64,000 nt of DNA from Haliotis cracherodii (lineage: Eukaryota), in the NCBI RefSeq assembly GCF_022045235.1, contig NW_027266319.1:35092001-35156000 (forward strand), given 5' to 3'. Position 1 is the stretch's first letter, and the number at the start of each line of letters is the position of its first letter. Of the stretch, positions 24,056 to 64,000 are shown piece by piece. A program made the translations under genes and the position numbers. Under the pieces are notes generated by a model. The model ran no database searches and was not told where the DNA came from. It saw only the letters and a program-made list of their open reading frames with translations.

Positions 24056-24710
24056 CTACATGACCTCCTCTAGTCCATGATATTGCTGTGCTAAATGACC
24101 TTCTCTAGACCATGCTGTTACTCTGCTGTGGGACATCCTACATACCCTACTGTTACTAAGGTACATGACCTCCTCTAGTCCCTGATATTGCTGTGCTAAA
24201 TGACCCTCTCTAGACCATGCTGTTACTCTGCTGTGGGACATCCTACAGACCCTACTGTTACTAAGGTACATGACCTCCTCTAGTCCCTGATATGCTGTGC
24301 TAATGACCTTCTCTAGACCATGCTGTTACTCTGCTATGGCACATCCTCCAGACCCTACTGTTACTAAGGTACATGACCTCCTCTAGTCCCTGATATGCTG
24401 TGCTAATGACCTTCTCTAGACCGTGCTGTTACTCTGCTATGGCACATCCTCCAGACCCTACTGTTACCAAGGTACATGACCTCTTCTCTGCCTTGCTGTT
24501 GCTGTGCTAATGACCTTCTCTAGACCATGCTGTTACTCTGCTGTGGGACATCCTCCAGACCCTACTGTTACCAAGCTACATGACCTCCTCTAGGCCCTGA
24601 TAATGCTGTGCTAAACGACCTTCTCTAGACCACGCTGTTACTCTGCTGTGGGACATCCTCCAGACCCTACTGTTGCCGAGCTACATGAACTCTTCTAGGC
24701 CCTGCTGTTG
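24056..24710. repeat. ~104-bp tandem repeat, ~6 copies, in the proximal PFKFB 3' UTR
   Basis: tacatgacctcctctagtccctgata...gaccctactgttactaagg units. Confidence 0.9.
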
Positions 24711-24772
24711 CTGCACCACACACATCTGATACATGCACATCCTGACAATCATTCATCTTCAGCTAGCTGCCA

Positions 24773-63708
<38,936 letters not shown>

Positions 63709-63759
63709 TTACGGTAGTCTGTAAAGTATCAAGTCTAGACCAGACAAACCATTGACTGG

Positions 63760-64000
63760 ATTGGTTGGTTGGTTTGTTAACGCCGTACTCAGCAATATTC
63801 CAGCTATATGACGGCGGTCTGTAAGTAATTGAGTCTGGACCAGACAATCCAGTGATTGACATCATGATCATCGATCCACGCAATTGGGATACGATGACAT
63901 GCATCAACCAAGTCAGCGAGCCTGACCACCCGATCCTGTTAGTCGCCTTTTACGACAAGCATAGTCACCTTTTATGGCAAGCATGGGTTGCTGAATACCT
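63760..64000 (-). mobile_element. SINE-like family 3, preceded by an older fragment at ~63660-63755
   Basis: Near-consensus match; runs to the window end. Confidence 0.85.

Overview
Eukaryotic, AT-rich, intron- and repeat-rich animal DNA. The SINE and MITE content and gene style suggest a mollusc, possibly a gastropod such as abalone; this is inference, not verified. The window holds: (1) a probable Cys-rich 3'-terminal exon of an upstream + strand gene (1763-1905); (2) two tandem paralogous + strand three-exon genes, each with a TATA box, tiny non-coding exon 1, signal-peptide exon 2 and one huge exon 3, encoding secreted low-complexity proteins of 496 and 801 aa with different N-terminal repeats but a shared Met/Gly-rich C-terminal domain; (3) the 3' ten coding exons of a 6-phosphofructo-2-kinase/fructose-2,6-bisphosphatase (PFKFB) gene on the - strand (63627 down to 24773; 5' exons lie beyond the window), with candidate alternative C-terminal exons; (4) four SINE-like families, several MITE/Helentron-like elements, about a dozen minisatellites and an assembly gap (8992-9155). 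The most striking oddity is a ~2.1-kb minisatellite built from ~39 copies of a PFKFB exon end plus its 5' splice donor; the first four extra donors are in frame. The very long ORFs in the ORF track at 48-51 kb, 34-35 kb, 39-40 kb and 20 kb are tandem-repeat artefacts. Repeat coordinates are approximate; exon coordinates were counted by hand.
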